A DNA stretch of 63,266 nt, counting the filler, from Octopus bimaculoides (taxonomy: Eukaryota): NCBI RefSeq assembly GCF_001194135.2. It is 6 parts of 5 records of this genome, joined end to end, with 100 filler letters (N's around TTAATTAATTAA, not from the genome) between each part and the next. Parts side by side here need not be neighbours in the genome. Positions count along the whole stretch, not along the records: positions 22,227 to 35,177 come from NC_068985.1; positions 35,278 to 49,827 come from NC_068985.1; 4 more parts are not named here. One strand, written 5' to 3'. The translations under genes were made by a program, and so were the position numbers. Shown here piece by piece: positions 25,690 through 40,612 of this stretch. Numbering within the stretch: position 1 is the first letter of the stretch; every line of letters starts with the position of its first letter. A model generated the notes under the pieces. It was not told the DNA's origin and did not search any database. It saw nothing but the letters and a program-made list of their open reading frames with translations.

Positions 25690-25762
25690 GAATTCGGTGC
25701 GTATCTACCCTACGCTTATACTGGCATGCTATTCACTAACGGAAACTGAAAGAAGCCCGTCC

Positions 25763-25859
<97 letters not shown>

Positions 25860-26060
25860 GTGCGTGTGTGTGTGTATGCTTGTGTATCTGTATTTGTCTT
25901 CCCAACATCGCTTGACAACCGATGATGGTGTGTTTACGTCCCCGTAACTTAGCGGTTCGGCAACAGGGACCGATAGAATAAGTCCTGGGGTCGATTTGCT
26001 CGACTAAAGGCGGTACTCCAGCATGGCCGCAGTCAAATGATTGAAACAAGTAAAAGAATA
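25690..26060 (+). mobile_element. SINE family B, 5'-degenerate
   Basis: acggaaactgaaagaagcccgt-(CA)n/(TG)n-catcgcttgacaaccgat...cagcatggccgcagtcaaatga. Confidence 0.85.
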
Positions 26061-29000
26061 TATACATACATTGTAACGATACAATGGATTTAAATTGTGT
26101 AGTGAGAATCAACGGGCAAATTATTCAATAATCTTTTACAAATGATGGAACAAGCTGTTCTGATCTTTAAATCCATGCAATTTTTTTCAATAAACTCAAT
26201 AACAATTCACAAGGTATTAAATAATTTTGACATGTGATTTTATGTTGAAAAAATGTAGTTTTATGCATTGAAACAAAATACTTATAATTTCTGTTATCTA
26301 GAAAAACGTTCAGGTAAGCCTCTTTAGATTTTGCGGAACACAGACGAAATGAAACGACAAGAAAAGCTTAACACAAAACGAGATTGAGAAAATATATAAA
26401 ATAAGGAATAAAATTATTATCGGTAAGAAATGCAGAAGCTGCGTAACACAGGTATGAGATGTGTTATATGATATGGAGGTGTGTGAAAAAATGCAAGTTT
26501 TTTAGATGTGGTCTTAAAGCTAGAAACTTGAAAGGAATTGTATATTCATTGCCAACACATAACACATATACATTAAATCAGATTTACAAACAATAGAAAT
26601 TAAAGAAATCAAGACATGTAGATAAGTAATATACGTGTAGAAGGAAGAGTGGGTGAAATTGTGGATAAAATATTGATGTGATATTAATGGATTAATGTTG
26701 CAGATGACGAATTATACACTCGTTTCGTATTTAACGCGAAAAACATGGTTTGAAATGTTGGGAAGGTACATGGAAAAAGGAATAGAAACGAAGAATTGAA
26801 GACTTCTGTATATGCCCTAAGCTCAACTTATATTATGGGTGTTGAAATTTTTGTAAATGTCATGTAAGAATAAAATGCAGCGATTCAAAGACATAAATAT
26901 GTCGGAGAAAATATAATCCTGTTCTAACATATTCTAAATAATAACAATAACAATAACAGTTTTTGAGAGAGGAGAGTAACTATGCATGTCATCAGATCGA
27001 CTGAAAAGCCTCACGACACACGGAGAATTCTTCTAGGAGTTCAATGTTTCATATTTTCAATGGAAAATTCACACGTAAGGGACATCTGAAGGAATAAGAG
27101 ATAGCAGCTACGTTTGTATTAGCTTGAAATGGGAAACCTGACTAATAGATCTTGAAAAATACACAAAAGATTCTTTCAGTCTACAAAGATATCTAACAGG
27201 CTAGGCCCAAACCCTTTTCTGGATATTAAGATGAATTTTATGCAGGTGACGTCTTATCTTAAAGTTGTTTTCTGTTGTTCCACTATAAGCTTTTTATGTA
27301 CGATTATTATTAATTTTAATCTTAACTTTATATACATCTCCTTTGACCAAGTAGTTTCCATTAAGCGGACAGCAATTGTTCTATGCAATGATGTTTATGA
27401 TCTTGCTTATTTTCATTAGTTTCAGAGAGTTGCTCTCCATTATTTCGGTGTGTCAACACTGTGAAATTATTGCGCGAATAATCGGTGCTCCTACTGATTA
27501 TTCTACAATACCTGTATCTAATGGAAAATCCTTTGATATCATGTATGAGGATTCTTCAGCTAAATTTGCCGTTACATTCGTATTGAATGTCAGATTAAAC
27601 AATACCACTATTCTGATTATTTTCCTGTAAAACCTCCTACAGTTTTCTTCAGTGCTCACTTAATACATTTCTTCTGTGAACCTGTCTGTGGCTCTTAAGG
27701 CATTTCTGCAGTATGGCGATCTCTTTATGAATGCCCTCTCATCCATTCTCAGCGAGGATATTTGGTTATTGATATTATGACCTAATTTTCTAATGATGCT
27801 ACTTGGGTATTTGAAGTTTTACCACTATGAAATAGTTTTACATTGGGCTTATTGTAAATAAAAGTTTTAAGATTCCGATCTAATAAAACGTCTAATAATC
27901 TGACGCAGTTAAAGTTCTTATTAACAAAGATATTTAAACTGATACGCTAAAAGTGCATCATAAACGTAACGCATTTTCGTCCATGTTGCATGTAGCAGGA
28001 AACCGCTAGACATACACACTGGCCGATGTGTGGAAATTTCATATACTTAGTATCTCGAAAATATTTACCAATGAGCATATATAATTGTAATTTGTCAAAT
28101 GTAATTAGACATGTATTGAAGAGTTCATCTTCGTTTTAGTTAACCAGGTGGATTGATGGAAAAATCTTGATTGTATTAATTTCGCAAACAGTCAGTCGCT
28201 TTATTCATTGACTTTAATATGTGAGGAGTCCCTATGCAATATGTTTAAATGTTTATTAAAAAAAAATACCAACAGATTCTTACTTCGTTTTAGTTTGTAC
28301 GAGGTGGCATTCATGATGATTTCTAAAATTTGTGTGTTGCTGTGAGGTACTGTTACAATGTATCGAGCTTCGAGATATTCCCATCTGTAAAGACAATTAG
28401 TTATCGCATAGACTATTTCGTCGAGGAATACGTTATACTGCTTTAGGACATGCAGATTAATCACATATGCAAAACTACATAATGTACATAAATATGGTGA
28501 GTTTTTGTCAACAGCCTTCTAAGTTAGGCTTTTTCATAATCTTGCTCTCTAAGCTTTCTCGGAACATGGAATGTTACCTCTGGATCTAAATTCGGGCAAA
28601 TGTTACTTATATTCCAATTATTAGAGACATGACCCATGCATTTACCATTAGTTTGAGTTTCAGGAAATGTGTATGGCATGTATAAAATGAAGAAGTATTC
28701 AATGGACAAGTAGCTAGATTGCTTCAATCGTCGGTGGAGCGATAATTTAGAAGCTTGTGGTGTGTAACGCATTAAGCAATGTTGTCTAAACAAGGATAGA
28801 TAAAACTACCATGAAGTTCTTTGGAAAGAGTTTTGTAATTGTATGTAGTCGGGGAGTTCTACACTTCGAGGTGCAGAACATTCTTACTAATATTTGCAGT
28901 GACCTGTATGGGTAGTTAATTCTGGTTACTTTCAATTTCTTGCTTCTATCATGATTTGAGTGTAGTATAGTTTACCATTTTATAAAGTCCATCTTCTCAA

Positions 29001-29929
29001 TGAGGATAAAACTGAGCAGGTCCTTGTCACAATAGGGCTCTGGGCAATAAGAAACTTTCCTATCGCAGGAGAGATTACAAACTTCCTTGCCCATGCATGT
29101 TAATTGGCAGCTGATTATAGCTGATGCGTTGATAGTAATTTTTATTAATATATATACGTACATATATGTAGTATACGTATATTCGCATTTTATGCAATCT
29201 CAAGCCTTAAGATATTATATAATACAGCAATAAATCAGCTATTCTTACTTTATGAGAAAAAAAAAATGGTATTATTTAAACCAATTAATTCGATATTCCT
29301 CTCATGTGTTATATTGAATCAATCGAGAATCATGCAATTCATGCTGTATGAGACTGGCAATCTGTCGTCTCTATACAAATCTCATATATTAGAAGCAGAT
29401 CACTGAGATTAACGCAGTTAAACTGACAGTTACCTCCTGCTAGTCATTACGCCCATAGAGAAGTCAAAGTGCAATCTTCATCCGTTTTGGCCTATGACGA
29501 AGAGTTGCATAATAGTTACATCACTGTGATCGTTATTTTGTTATATCGATGTCGCTCTTTTAAGAAGTTGTTCTCCGATGTCATAAAATCATATTCAGTG
29601 TTGGTAATTTGGAGAGAAATTGTACCACTACCCTACTCTAAGATCATTGTTCTTTGAGCCTTTACTACATAACTATAAACTCTGCTCATCTGTGAAGCTA
29701 ATTTTCCTTTAGCTATCAGTCAATACATCCCCAATTGTTTACAAAGATCATTTCTCATCAGTCATATACAACTAAACCGCCATATTTAGACTATAGATAT
29801 TTAAACACAAAAATTCGTAATATAAAATTTCAAAACACACACTCAGAGACTGCGTGTAAATTGAGAAGAAAACACGGCTATTTGCAAGTAATGTACTATG
29901 CTATACTTATATAGTCTTTATATATAATA

Positions 29930-30090
29930 TAGGTGCAGGCATAGCTGTGTGGTAAGATGCTTGATTCGCAATTACATGGTTTCAGGTTCAGTCCCAATGA
30001 GTGGCACCTTAGGCAAGTGTCTTCTAATATAGCCTCGGGCCGACCAAAGCTTTCTGAGTGGATTTGGCAGACAGAAACTAAAAGCACACC

Positions 30091-30128
<38 letters not shown>

Positions 30129-30385
30129 NNNNNNNNNNNNNNNNNNNNNNNNNNNNNTGTGTGTGTGTGTCTGTGTGTGTGTCTGTGTGTGTGTGTGTGT
30201 GTGTTTGTGTGTCTGTATTTGTCTCTCACCTTCGCTTGACACCCGATATTGGTGTGTTTACGTCCCCGTTACTTAACAGTTGGGCAAAAGCGACCGATAG
30301 AATAAGTACTAGGCGTACAAAAGACTAAAGGTGGTACTCCAGCATGGCCGCAGCCAATTTATTGAAACAAATTAGAGAATATAAG
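29930..30385 (+). mobile_element. SINE family B, near full length
   Basis: tRNA-like head (gctgtgtggtaag...ggttcagtccca), gtggcaccttaggcaagtgtcttc body, internal microsatellite/gap and 3' half. Confidence 0.88.
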
Positions 30386-33042
30386 AATACAAGAATTCAA
30401 ATGTAAAAGATTGTTAGGCAAAGGTTCCCCATGCAAAATATAAGCCAATTTACTAATGAATAATTCAATCCCTCAATCATTTATAATCAATGAAGTACAG
30501 CTAATTCTTAAATTGCGTTAAGCCTGCTCTTAGATGTAATGGTCTACGACTGATTATCTGCAGTCCCTGAACATTATTGTATCTTTTTATTTTGTTTCTT
30601 TTCACATAACGTTTCGTACATCTGTATAATTTCGGTCAATATTATACAGTAAAACAGTCAGCGACAATTTTATAGTCAATTCCAGTTATTAGGAACAAAT
30701 TTACGTCCATTTTTTTTTTATTTGTTTAAATAATTATTTTCCGAAAATTCATCGTTAAATAGTTTAGATTAAGTGCTGTGATTTTGTAGGTGAAGTTAAA
30801 TTCTAATGAGCTATAAATATCGCCAGTCCCAGTTCTTAAAAAGGAAAAAAACCTAGTTCGTTGCAAGTAATATACTGAGCTATAATCATGTTAACTATTT
30901 ATACATTACTGAGGTACTGAAGGTGACATGGTACCAATTAAAATACAATGCATAACATAAAATTTAAATCGTCGATTCAATGTTGATGAATATCATTCTT
31001 CCTTCACTGCACACACTGATCAAACTGTACATACGATTAATCGCTTCATAGGCCGCTTTCTTTCTGATTCATTATAGATACTTTAAGATGTTATTTATTG
31101 ATATGATGATGTTTATGCTATTTATAAAGCATCAGCTTTTAAAGTGAAACAAAATTATGGAAAAGGGTAACCCAAATCGCATTCTGATTTATTTATATTT
31201 TATTATATACGTTAGAATATCGCCTGAAAAAGTCCAGATCAATTAAAGCATCGGCATGCTAATTACTAAACTAGAAGCTAATTACTCGCTCATTGGTTTG
31301 GAAATAAACAAAAACATACTGCTACATATTATATTTCACTGTTTTTTGTTTGTTCTTGATTTGTCGCCTGTTTGAGCCAATTCAATATCTGGTAGTTACT
31401 GAATACAAGTCTGACTACTTTAAATAATTCCGTCTTTCTCCTACGCAACATTCGTTTACTTGCTTTCAGTATTTTGTATGCATTGATAGTTAAGATTGGG
31501 CTTTGAAAGAAAAAATACTGTACTGGCTGTGGTAGTGAATTATAGTCTAGCCTGTGATCATGCAAAAATTAAGGCTAGCAAAAGAATCACTATAATATAT
31601 CTTTCAAAATGTTTAGAATCCAATTTAAGCGTGTACGCCACTAATTGTTTAATTGTTAAATACCTAAATCAAAATCAATAAGAACGTAAGAATCATGCCT
31701 GATTTTCAGATAAACTAATAAGTAGTGGCGGAAGGTGTGTGAAGTTGAAGCTCAAGCATAGAATACTATAATCTATGATCAACAGTTGCCTATTTCTATG
31801 CATTCAAGAAATCCCTGCGTTTTGTAATCCGAACCTTATATATATATATATATATATATNNNNNNNNNNNNNNNNNNNNNNNNNNNNNNNNNNNNNNNNN
31901 NNNNNNNNNNNNNNNNNNNNNNNNNNNNNNNNNNNNNNNNNNNNNNNNNNNNNNNNNNNNNNNNNNNNNNNNNNNNNNNNNNNNNNNNNNNNNNNNNNNN
32001 NNNNNNNNNNNNNNNNNNNNNNNNNNNNNNNNNNNNNNNNNNNNNNNNNNNNNNNNNNNNNNNNNNNNNNNNNNNNNNNNNNNNNNNNNNNNNNNNNNNN
32101 NNNNNNNNNNNNNNNNNNNNNNNNNNNNNNNNNNNNNNNNNNNNNNNNNNNNATATATATATACATATATATCGGTTATGAATGTCATAAATGATGCACT
32201 CAGTTTTTGTATCGACAAAGGAAATGTTGGTTATTAATTCACATACGGTTCATATAGTCTTAATCATTATTAAAATCTTTAGAGAATTTATGAGTAGGCT
32301 TCTTCAAAACTATTGCCATTAATAATTTTCGTCATCCTATAGATTCACTGGTGGAGTAGCTTCTACATGGCTACAAACAAATTAAATCTTTACAATTGAC
32401 TGGCTTGTAATCCGAGATTCTGGAACCCATTGAAGCATCTTTTACTGTGATGTGTATGTACATGAATTGATTAAGTCTATGTGTTTATCCAAGTCTGCTT
32501 AGGCAAATATCTCATCTTAATATCTCTAGTTTTTGTCGAATAGGGAAAAGGAAAGTAAATTTAAAACAAACAGCTTTAGCATTATTAAAGGACATCTATT
32601 CATATCTACTCCGATATGACCTCCAGTTATATTCACTCTAACCCAATTTTTCCCTGTTTGGAATATTGTCTGTAGAAAGTTCGTTCCCCAGTGCCATCAA
32701 GTACGCGCGCGATTATATATATACATATATATATATAAATATGTATATAGTGTAATGAGAAGCAAGTTAGGCAAGTCAATTTGCATAGAATGTTAAATGT
32801 ATTTAATAAAAAGAATGTACATATATATGATTATAAAATAGCCCAATTACAGAATATAAATGATATCAGGAGTTAAATGGGCAGAGTTTTACGAGTCCAA
32901 CAACTGTTTCTAGGGTTTTGGTGGTCCGGAATAATGGTAGATCTTGGATCCATTATCGGATAACATAGCCTCCGTATTCAGGGGAGAATCTTACGTTAGA
33001 GAATTTTACATTTGAGATGTTGACAGGATGGAGTTTAACAGT

Positions 33043-33110
<68 letters not shown>

Positions 33111-34759
33111 CAGAGAGAGAGAGATACCTATGGTTTGTACGTCTATATGTATGTTTCTATGTGCGTGTGTGCCTCTGAGTATGTGTTTGTGTGCGTGTGT
33201 GTGGGAGACCGCGCGCTTATGTGTTTGCGTATGAGTGTGTGCTTGCGTTCGTGTGTGCTTGAGCTCATCATTTGCATATTCGGCACCATGTCGTCGCCCG
33301 TGTTTCAAATATGTAAGGAGTCTTTTTTTTCCGATTTCTTTCTTTGAAACCTAAATTACATAGTATACAGGAATTTTTTTTTTATACGTGATTTTAATTG
33401 AATATAGAGTTAATGAATTCCAGAAGTGTATGTAAAATAATAATTTTTCATGCTTCAGAATTTCGTGTCTTCAAAAAACAATATCTTTAATTTTTCATTT
33501 CTAAATACATATTGTGTAATTCTCAATCGATATGTCACACATAAAGCAGGGACAATTTGAAGAGAGATATATTTTTGTCAGAAACAACCAGGAGAAAGAC
33601 GAAGACATTTCACTTCTGATGTATGTTGGCTTATGAAAAGATGTCAGTTTATTCTATTACTAGAGTTTTCAACATAGAGCTGTACAGAAAAAAAGAAAAT
33701 GCTTTTGTCAGTTTCATTTCAATAACCCTGATGACTCTCTATGAGATTTGCTGATTGTTATAGAAAATGAAAGTGTTATTGGAAACTGAAGGCAATTGGA
33801 TTAAAACGGCATATTAAATGGCATGAAGAGAATGCTTAGCATGAATTTAAAACTCTTGGTTTCGAACATATGAGATATGAATAGTTTTGCAGGAACGACT
33901 ACACGGAAGTGGCTCCGAGAAGCAAGTGCCATTATAGTTGCTTTTAGAACAGGTACAAAGAGAAGGCAGCATACATTTATGTCGGAGGTTGGAGCGTATT
34001 TGTGAGTCGTTCTGTGCGAATCAGGCGAATGGAGCATTTCTGGATGCAATCTAGAATTTCTCTTCTAGAAGTAACACTGTTCCAGAGATTAGAAGTGTCC
34101 CGTATTGTGGGTTTCACAAGAGCTTTTAAAACTATTTAATAATTAGTGGGGTTAAAGTGTCTTTAAGGGAATGCGTCAGTCACTGGGATGCAGTTTTAAA
34201 TGTCTTTACTTTCTCCTTTTCTTGCAGCAGGTGAACTCTTCTACAATAATGACATTCTAAAACTGGAGCTGTTCTGAAGGCCTTAACTGAGTGCTACTTA
34301 TAGATAAGGGAAGTGTAGCTCAAAGATAGTCTACTAATGGGAGTATCAATTTATATTGATACTGAAAAAAGCACCTGGGCATTTCAAAATAGATTCCTTA
34401 CAAAGAAAATATGTTTGCACTAATCAAAGAATGCAATGCATTTGAGCTTAAATAGATTTCAAAGCTGCAACCTTACCTCTCATGAGAGAAATAACCTTCT
34501 TACATTCATATTGGCCTACTAGTAGATAATGTTTGAGTACTTTACATGAACAGATATGTTTAAATTACTTCACACTACATTACTATAGTCAATGTAATGA
34601 GCGCTGACAACCTCTTATATCTGTTTGTTGCACTCTGAGTGTACGAGTGTGGGCAGAAAAGTTTACAGGCTACGAAGAAGTGATGCTAGAGCTGTGATAA
34701 TTGCAATGCTTCTGTCTAAGCAAACGGATATCTGACTATTCAAATATATATATTCATTC

Positions 34760-35130
34760 ATTTCCTTTATTCATTTACTTGTTTCAGTCATTTGATTGCA
34801 GCCATGCTGGAACACCGCTTTTAGTCGAATAAATCGACCACAGGACTTATTCTTTGTAAGTTTAGTACTTATTCTATCGGTCTCTTTTGCCGAACCACTA
34901 TGTTGCGGTAACGCGCGAGCACACCAGCATCGGTTGACAAGTAAGTCTGCGGGTAAAAGCACAGAAACACACACTTACAACGGGCTTCTTTCAGTTTCCC
35001 TCTACGAAATCGACTCACAAAGATTGGTCGGCCCGAGGTTGTTATAGAAGACATTTGCCCAAGGTACCAGGCAGAGGAACTGAAACCGGAATCATGTAAT
35101 TGGGAAGAAAGCTTCTAACCACACAGTCAC
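34760..35130 (-). mobile_element. SINE family B
   Basis: Same head, body and tail in reverse orientation. Confidence 0.85.
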
Positions 35131-35141
35131 ACTGCGCCTAC

Positions 35142-35177
<36 letters not shown>

Positions 35178-35277
35178 NNNNNNNNNNNNNNNNNNNNNNN
35201 NNNNNNNNNNNNNNNNNNNNNTTAATTAATTAANNNNNNNNNNNNNNNNNNNNNNNNNNNNNNNNNNNNNNNNNNNN

Positions 35278-35565
35278 ATAAAGACAGACGAAATCCCGCT
35301 AAGTATTTCGCCCGGTGTGCTAACGTTTCTTATTTCTTTATTGCCCACAAGGGGCTAAACATAGAGGGGACAAACAAGGACAGACAAAACGGATTAAGTC
35401 GATTATATCGACCCCAGTGCGTAACTGGTACTTAATTTATCGACCCCGAAAGGATGAAAGGCTAAGTCGACCTTGGCGGAATTTGAACTCAGAACGTAAC
35501 GGCAGACGAAATACCGCTAAGCATTTCGCCCGGCGTGCTAACGTTTCTGCCAGCTCACCGCCTTA
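35278..35565 (-). mobile_element. SINE family A (tail type 2), young copy plus partial second head
   Basis: gccagctcaccgcc...gaatttgaactcagaacgt...cgaccccgaaaggatgaaagg...gacagacaaaacggattaagtcg. Confidence 0.88.
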
Positions 35566-35959
35566 ATATGTTAACTTGATACTGAGATCATACTGGTTTT
35601 ATGAACCTACTCTGTCACAGTGGCTTGAAATATATACGTGATGCCCACAAGTGTCTGGTGTAGGAACTTTGTAAGCTTCATGCGGTGTGTGGCAGATATA
35701 GAGAACAAATAGTGGCCATTTTATTATAAGAAATAATAATGGTTTATTGGCATTTCATTAAGGTAATCTCAGCCTGACGATTAGCTGTGTTGAATACTTC
35801 CCGTTGCATAACAATTACATCAGAGATTCAGCTAAGAAACATATGTCGCATGAATTTTACCTGTTCTAGTCGCTCAATTTGAGCCCGTCATGTGTGTGTA
35901 TGTGTGTGTGTGTGTGCGTGTGTGTGTATGCGCGTGTGCGTGTGCGTGCGCGCGCGGCA

Positions 35960-36330
35960 GTGTTTGTATCCCCACCCCCAACTCTGCAGTTCGGCAAAAG
36001 GATATTACAATAAACATCAGACTCCAAAAAATAAGCACTCGGGGTCGTTTTGCTCGACTAAAACTCACCATGCCCCAGGGTAGCTGCCGTCGAATAACTG
36101 AAACCAGTAAAAGATTATATTGATTTCAAATTTTGGCGCAAGGCCAGCAATTTCGAGGGAGAAGATGAGTCGATTACATGGTCCCCAGTGTTCAACTGGT
36201 ATTTATTTTATCGACCTCAAAAGAATGAAAGACAAAGTCGACCTCAGTGGAATTTGAAATCAGAACGTAAAGACGGACGAAAATGCCACTAAGTATTTTT
36301 TCCCGGCATGCTTACGATTCTTGCTCACCG
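35960..36330. mobile_element. SINE B 3' half (+) followed by SINE A (-)
   Basis: ggggtcgttttgctcgactaa; ggtccccagtgttcaactggta...gaatttgaaatcagaacgt. Confidence 0.7.
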
Positions 36331-36485
36331 TCTGAGGTGAGGACGTAGTCATTGAAATATGGTTTGCTAGAATTGACTATCACATTGCTATTCAAAAACA
36401 CACACTTGCAGTTCATAAAGCGCTAACCGTCGTATTTTCACGATTCGACTATTTTCCTTTCCATAAAGTGAAGCAACAATAACAT

Positions 36486-36520
<35 letters not shown>

Positions 36521-36996
36521 TGTTCATTCATTTATTCATTCATGTGTGTGTGTGTGCGTGTGCGTGTGTGTGTGTGTGTGTTGATATATATATATATATG
36601 TAGTGGCTTCATGCAGGCATAGCGTGGATTCGATCTTCAATGCCCAAATTTCGCTTAACAGTACAACGGCACTTTACCCATGGAGAAACATTAAGCTGAC
36701 AAGAGTGACATTCAACAAATGACTTTCCTAAGCCGATTTATGTCTTTGCCACTTGACCCCTGGTAACCTTTTGTATGCGGTGGAGACTTAAATTGACCGA
36801 ACAATAGATCTCTCAAAATACGCATTATTTGGATAACGGTATGTCTCTCTTTCTCGTGATCTTGCGATAATTATATATACAGAAGTTAGCAAAAGTTAGC
36901 TCCGGACACGGATTGGTTACTTTTTTTTAGCTACCACCTGTCCAGAAAGATCAGTCTGGAGAAAAGGTGCCTGCCTCAAAGAACGTTTGAGAAAAG

Positions 36997-37108
36997 ATGG
37001 ATAAATGTCGTAATGAAGTTGAGAGTGAATGGGGCCGCGCTAGTATAGCCGGTCAGAACGGAAAAGAAGGGGAAAAAAACGGAAGAAAAAACAACAACAA
37101 CAACAAAG
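36997..37108 (+). CDS. Candidate first coding exon of the homeobox gene (speculative)
   Basis: ATG at 36997, MDKCRNEVESEWGRASIAGQNGKEGEKNGRKNNNNNK, then AAAG|GTATTA at 37109. The 112 nt give phase 1, matching the acceptor phase of the homeobox exon. Same scaffold block, non-repetitive context, no recognisable homology. Confidence 0.2.
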
Positions 37109-37624
37109 GTATTATAAAAAGTAAAAAGGGGAAAAACCGGCGGGTCGAACACGAACCCGAAAAATATATCATCGTTTAACTTTTATATTCATTTCGATTC
37201 CATTGTACTGTGTAAATTCATCCGATTTCATTATATTTGATTTTTAGACGAGCTAGCTAATGTATAACCCCAGCCCCTAAATGTTTTTTGTTTCGTCGTT
37301 GTGCTGTCCCCTCTGTGTCATGGCCTGTGTGTCAAATAAATGAAATTAGTTGATGAAAACCGAGTCTGGCTGACCGGCTGAAGAAAAGGCACAAAGGCAC
37401 ATAGGAACAACTATGGTAACTCACCAACGAAGCAGTTGCTTCGTCCCACCACTCTCACTATCACTAACTCACTTTCTTTTCTCTGTAACATTATCATATC
37501 TCTATATATATACTACTATGCGATCGTGTACGCACATACCGGCCGAAATTAATTGTTTTTACCACGCATGCTTTTCCATTTACTAGTTATACATACCAAC
37601 CCGTCGTAATTTTGGATATATACA

Positions 37625-37870
37625 AAGTAACGGTAAATAGATATTTCTTTACAACCTCTATCACTGTTCTTTCATCTTTCACACCCTAACAACAACCGTT
37701 ACAACTAGTGACCCTCAACTGCAACGAAGAACTAACCGTTACAATTTTATCACCTACCCGTCGAGGCAAGGCATTATAACAAGTAACGGTAAATAAATAT
37801 TTCTTTAAAACTTCGATGGCTGTTCTTCTTCCATCTTGTATACTGGCAACCAACACCTTAACAACAACCG
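37625..37870. repeat. Degenerate direct repeat, period about 156 bp
   Basis: aagtaacggtaaata(g/a)atatttcttta...aacaacaaccgtta starts at 37625 and again at 37781. Confidence 0.7.
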
Positions 37871-37884
37871 TTATTTTTGTGTTC

Positions 37885-37920
37885 CTTTCTGCTGAAGAGC
37901 GTAGGCTCGAAACGTAAAAG
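37885..37920 (+). ncRNA. Degenerate minimal hammerhead-like motif in a Penelope-type terminal repeat
   Basis: cttt-CTGcTGA-a-GAGC gtag GCTC-GAAAC-GTA-aaag. Stems I and II and the palindromic AC/GT stem III are present; core A6 is C. Confidence 0.5.
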
Positions 37921-38004
37921 ACCTTCTCACTTCCCGAGTGTTAAACTAATACATCTGTTTGNNNNNNNNNNTGTGTGTGTATGTGTATGTATGTATGTGT
38001 GTGT

Positions 38005-38039
<35 letters not shown>

Positions 38040-38080
38040 CAAACATACATTCATACATATACATATATATATGTATATAT

Positions 38081-38114
<34 letters not shown>

Positions 38115-38829
38115 GTGTACACAAGTACGATTGACAATAACATACCACAAGTCAAGGAAATCCATACTTGGAGAGGTATATGTAGTACGCATCAAATTTT
38201 ACATAAAGAATGTGTATATATAATAGATGTGTGTGTGCACGCGCATCGAACGCATGAAAGCTGGAGCTGAAGACGGATGCACCGTAAAACATGACTGGTA
38301 CTACTTTATTTTATCCTAACCAGACAAAGGAAAGCAAAGTTGACTCCAGCGAGATTTCTACTCTAAAAGGAAAAGGGCGAAGCAAACACCACGAGACAAC
38401 GAAGCATTTTTTTCTGGTCCCCTAAGAATTTTGCCAATTTAACACAGCAATAAATAGATAGATACATACATCCATATTTATACATGTATATATATATATA
38501 TATATATNNNNNNNNNNNNNNNNNNNNNNNNNNNNNNNNNNNNNNNNNNNNNNNNNNNNNNNNNNNNNNNNNNNNNNNNNNNNNNNNNNNNNNNNNNNNN
38601 NNNNNNNNNNNNNNNNNNNNNNNNNNNNNNNNNNNNNNNNNNNNNNNNNNNNNNNNNNNNNNTATATATATACACACATGCACACACATACGCACGCACA
38701 CATTCATATATATATACATACATATACATACACACAAACACACACATATATACATACACATGCATATGTATGTATGTATGGATGGATGGACGGACGGACG
38801 GATGGATGGATGGATGGATGGATGGATGG

Positions 38830-39819
<990 letters not shown>

Positions 39820-39847
39820 GTGTATGTACATATGGATACTGTGTTCT

Positions 39848-40090
39848 GAGCATCTTATGTGCTTCTATCTGAAAACTGTCTCCTGAGTATTTTATGTGCT
39901 CCTGTCCAAAAAACGTGTCCTGAGCATGTTATGTGCTCCTGTCCAAAAACTGTGTCCGGAGCATTTTATGTGCTCTCGTCCGAAAACTGTGTCTTGAGCA
40001 TCTTATGTGCTCCTATCCGAAAACTGTGTCTTGAGCATCTTATGTGCTCCTGTCCGAAAACTGTGTCCTGGGCATCTAATCTGCTTCTGT
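39848..40090. repeat. 37-bp minisatellite, about 6.5 copies
   Basis: Unit GAGCATCTTATGTGCTCCTGTCCGAAAACTGTGTCCT starts at 39848, 39885, 39922, 39959, 39996, 40033 and 40070. Confidence 0.95.
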
Positions 40091-40159
40091 GCCGGAGTGA
40101 ATACATTCACCCACGTAAGCAAATAGGTGAACACGCGTTTATGCTCAAAAACAATATTT

Positions 40160-40369
40160 TACTTGTTTCAGTCATCTGAAAACGGCCATACTGGAGCACC
40201 ACCTTGAAGGTTTTTTGTTTTTTAGTCGAACAAATCAAACCTACATTTTATTTCTTAATCCTTGTACTTATTCTGTTGATTTCGTTTGCCGGACCGCTAA
40301 GTTACGGTGCATAAACACACCAACACCGGTTTTCAAGCAGTGATGGGGGATCACAAACACACACACATA

Positions 40370-40447
<78 letters not shown>

Positions 40448-40612
40448 CAACGGGCTTCTTTTAGTTTCCGTCTACCAAATCTACTCACAAGGCTATGGTC
40501 GGCCCGAGACTATAGAGTAGAAGACACATGCCCAAGGTGCCACGTAGTGGGATTGAACCCGGAGTTCATGTGGCTGGGAAGCAAGCTTCTTACCACACAG
40601 CCACGCCTGTGC
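40160..40612 (-). mobile_element. SINE family B, full length
   Basis: acttgtttcagtc...(CA)n...cgggcttcttttagtttccgtctacc...cacacagccacgcctg. Confidence 0.88.

Noticed and set aside
28524-28793. 89-aa minus-strand ORF in unique sequence (similarly 27376-27630 and 33801-34049)
   Set aside because: No homology I can recognise; length within chance expectation.
29930-30010. SINE heads as functional tRNA genes
   Set aside because: They lack a complete cloverleaf and 3' acceptor stem and are followed by SINE bodies.
39848-40090. 37-bp repeats as a CRISPR array
   Set aside because: Head-to-tail with no unique spacers, no cas genes, eukaryotic context.
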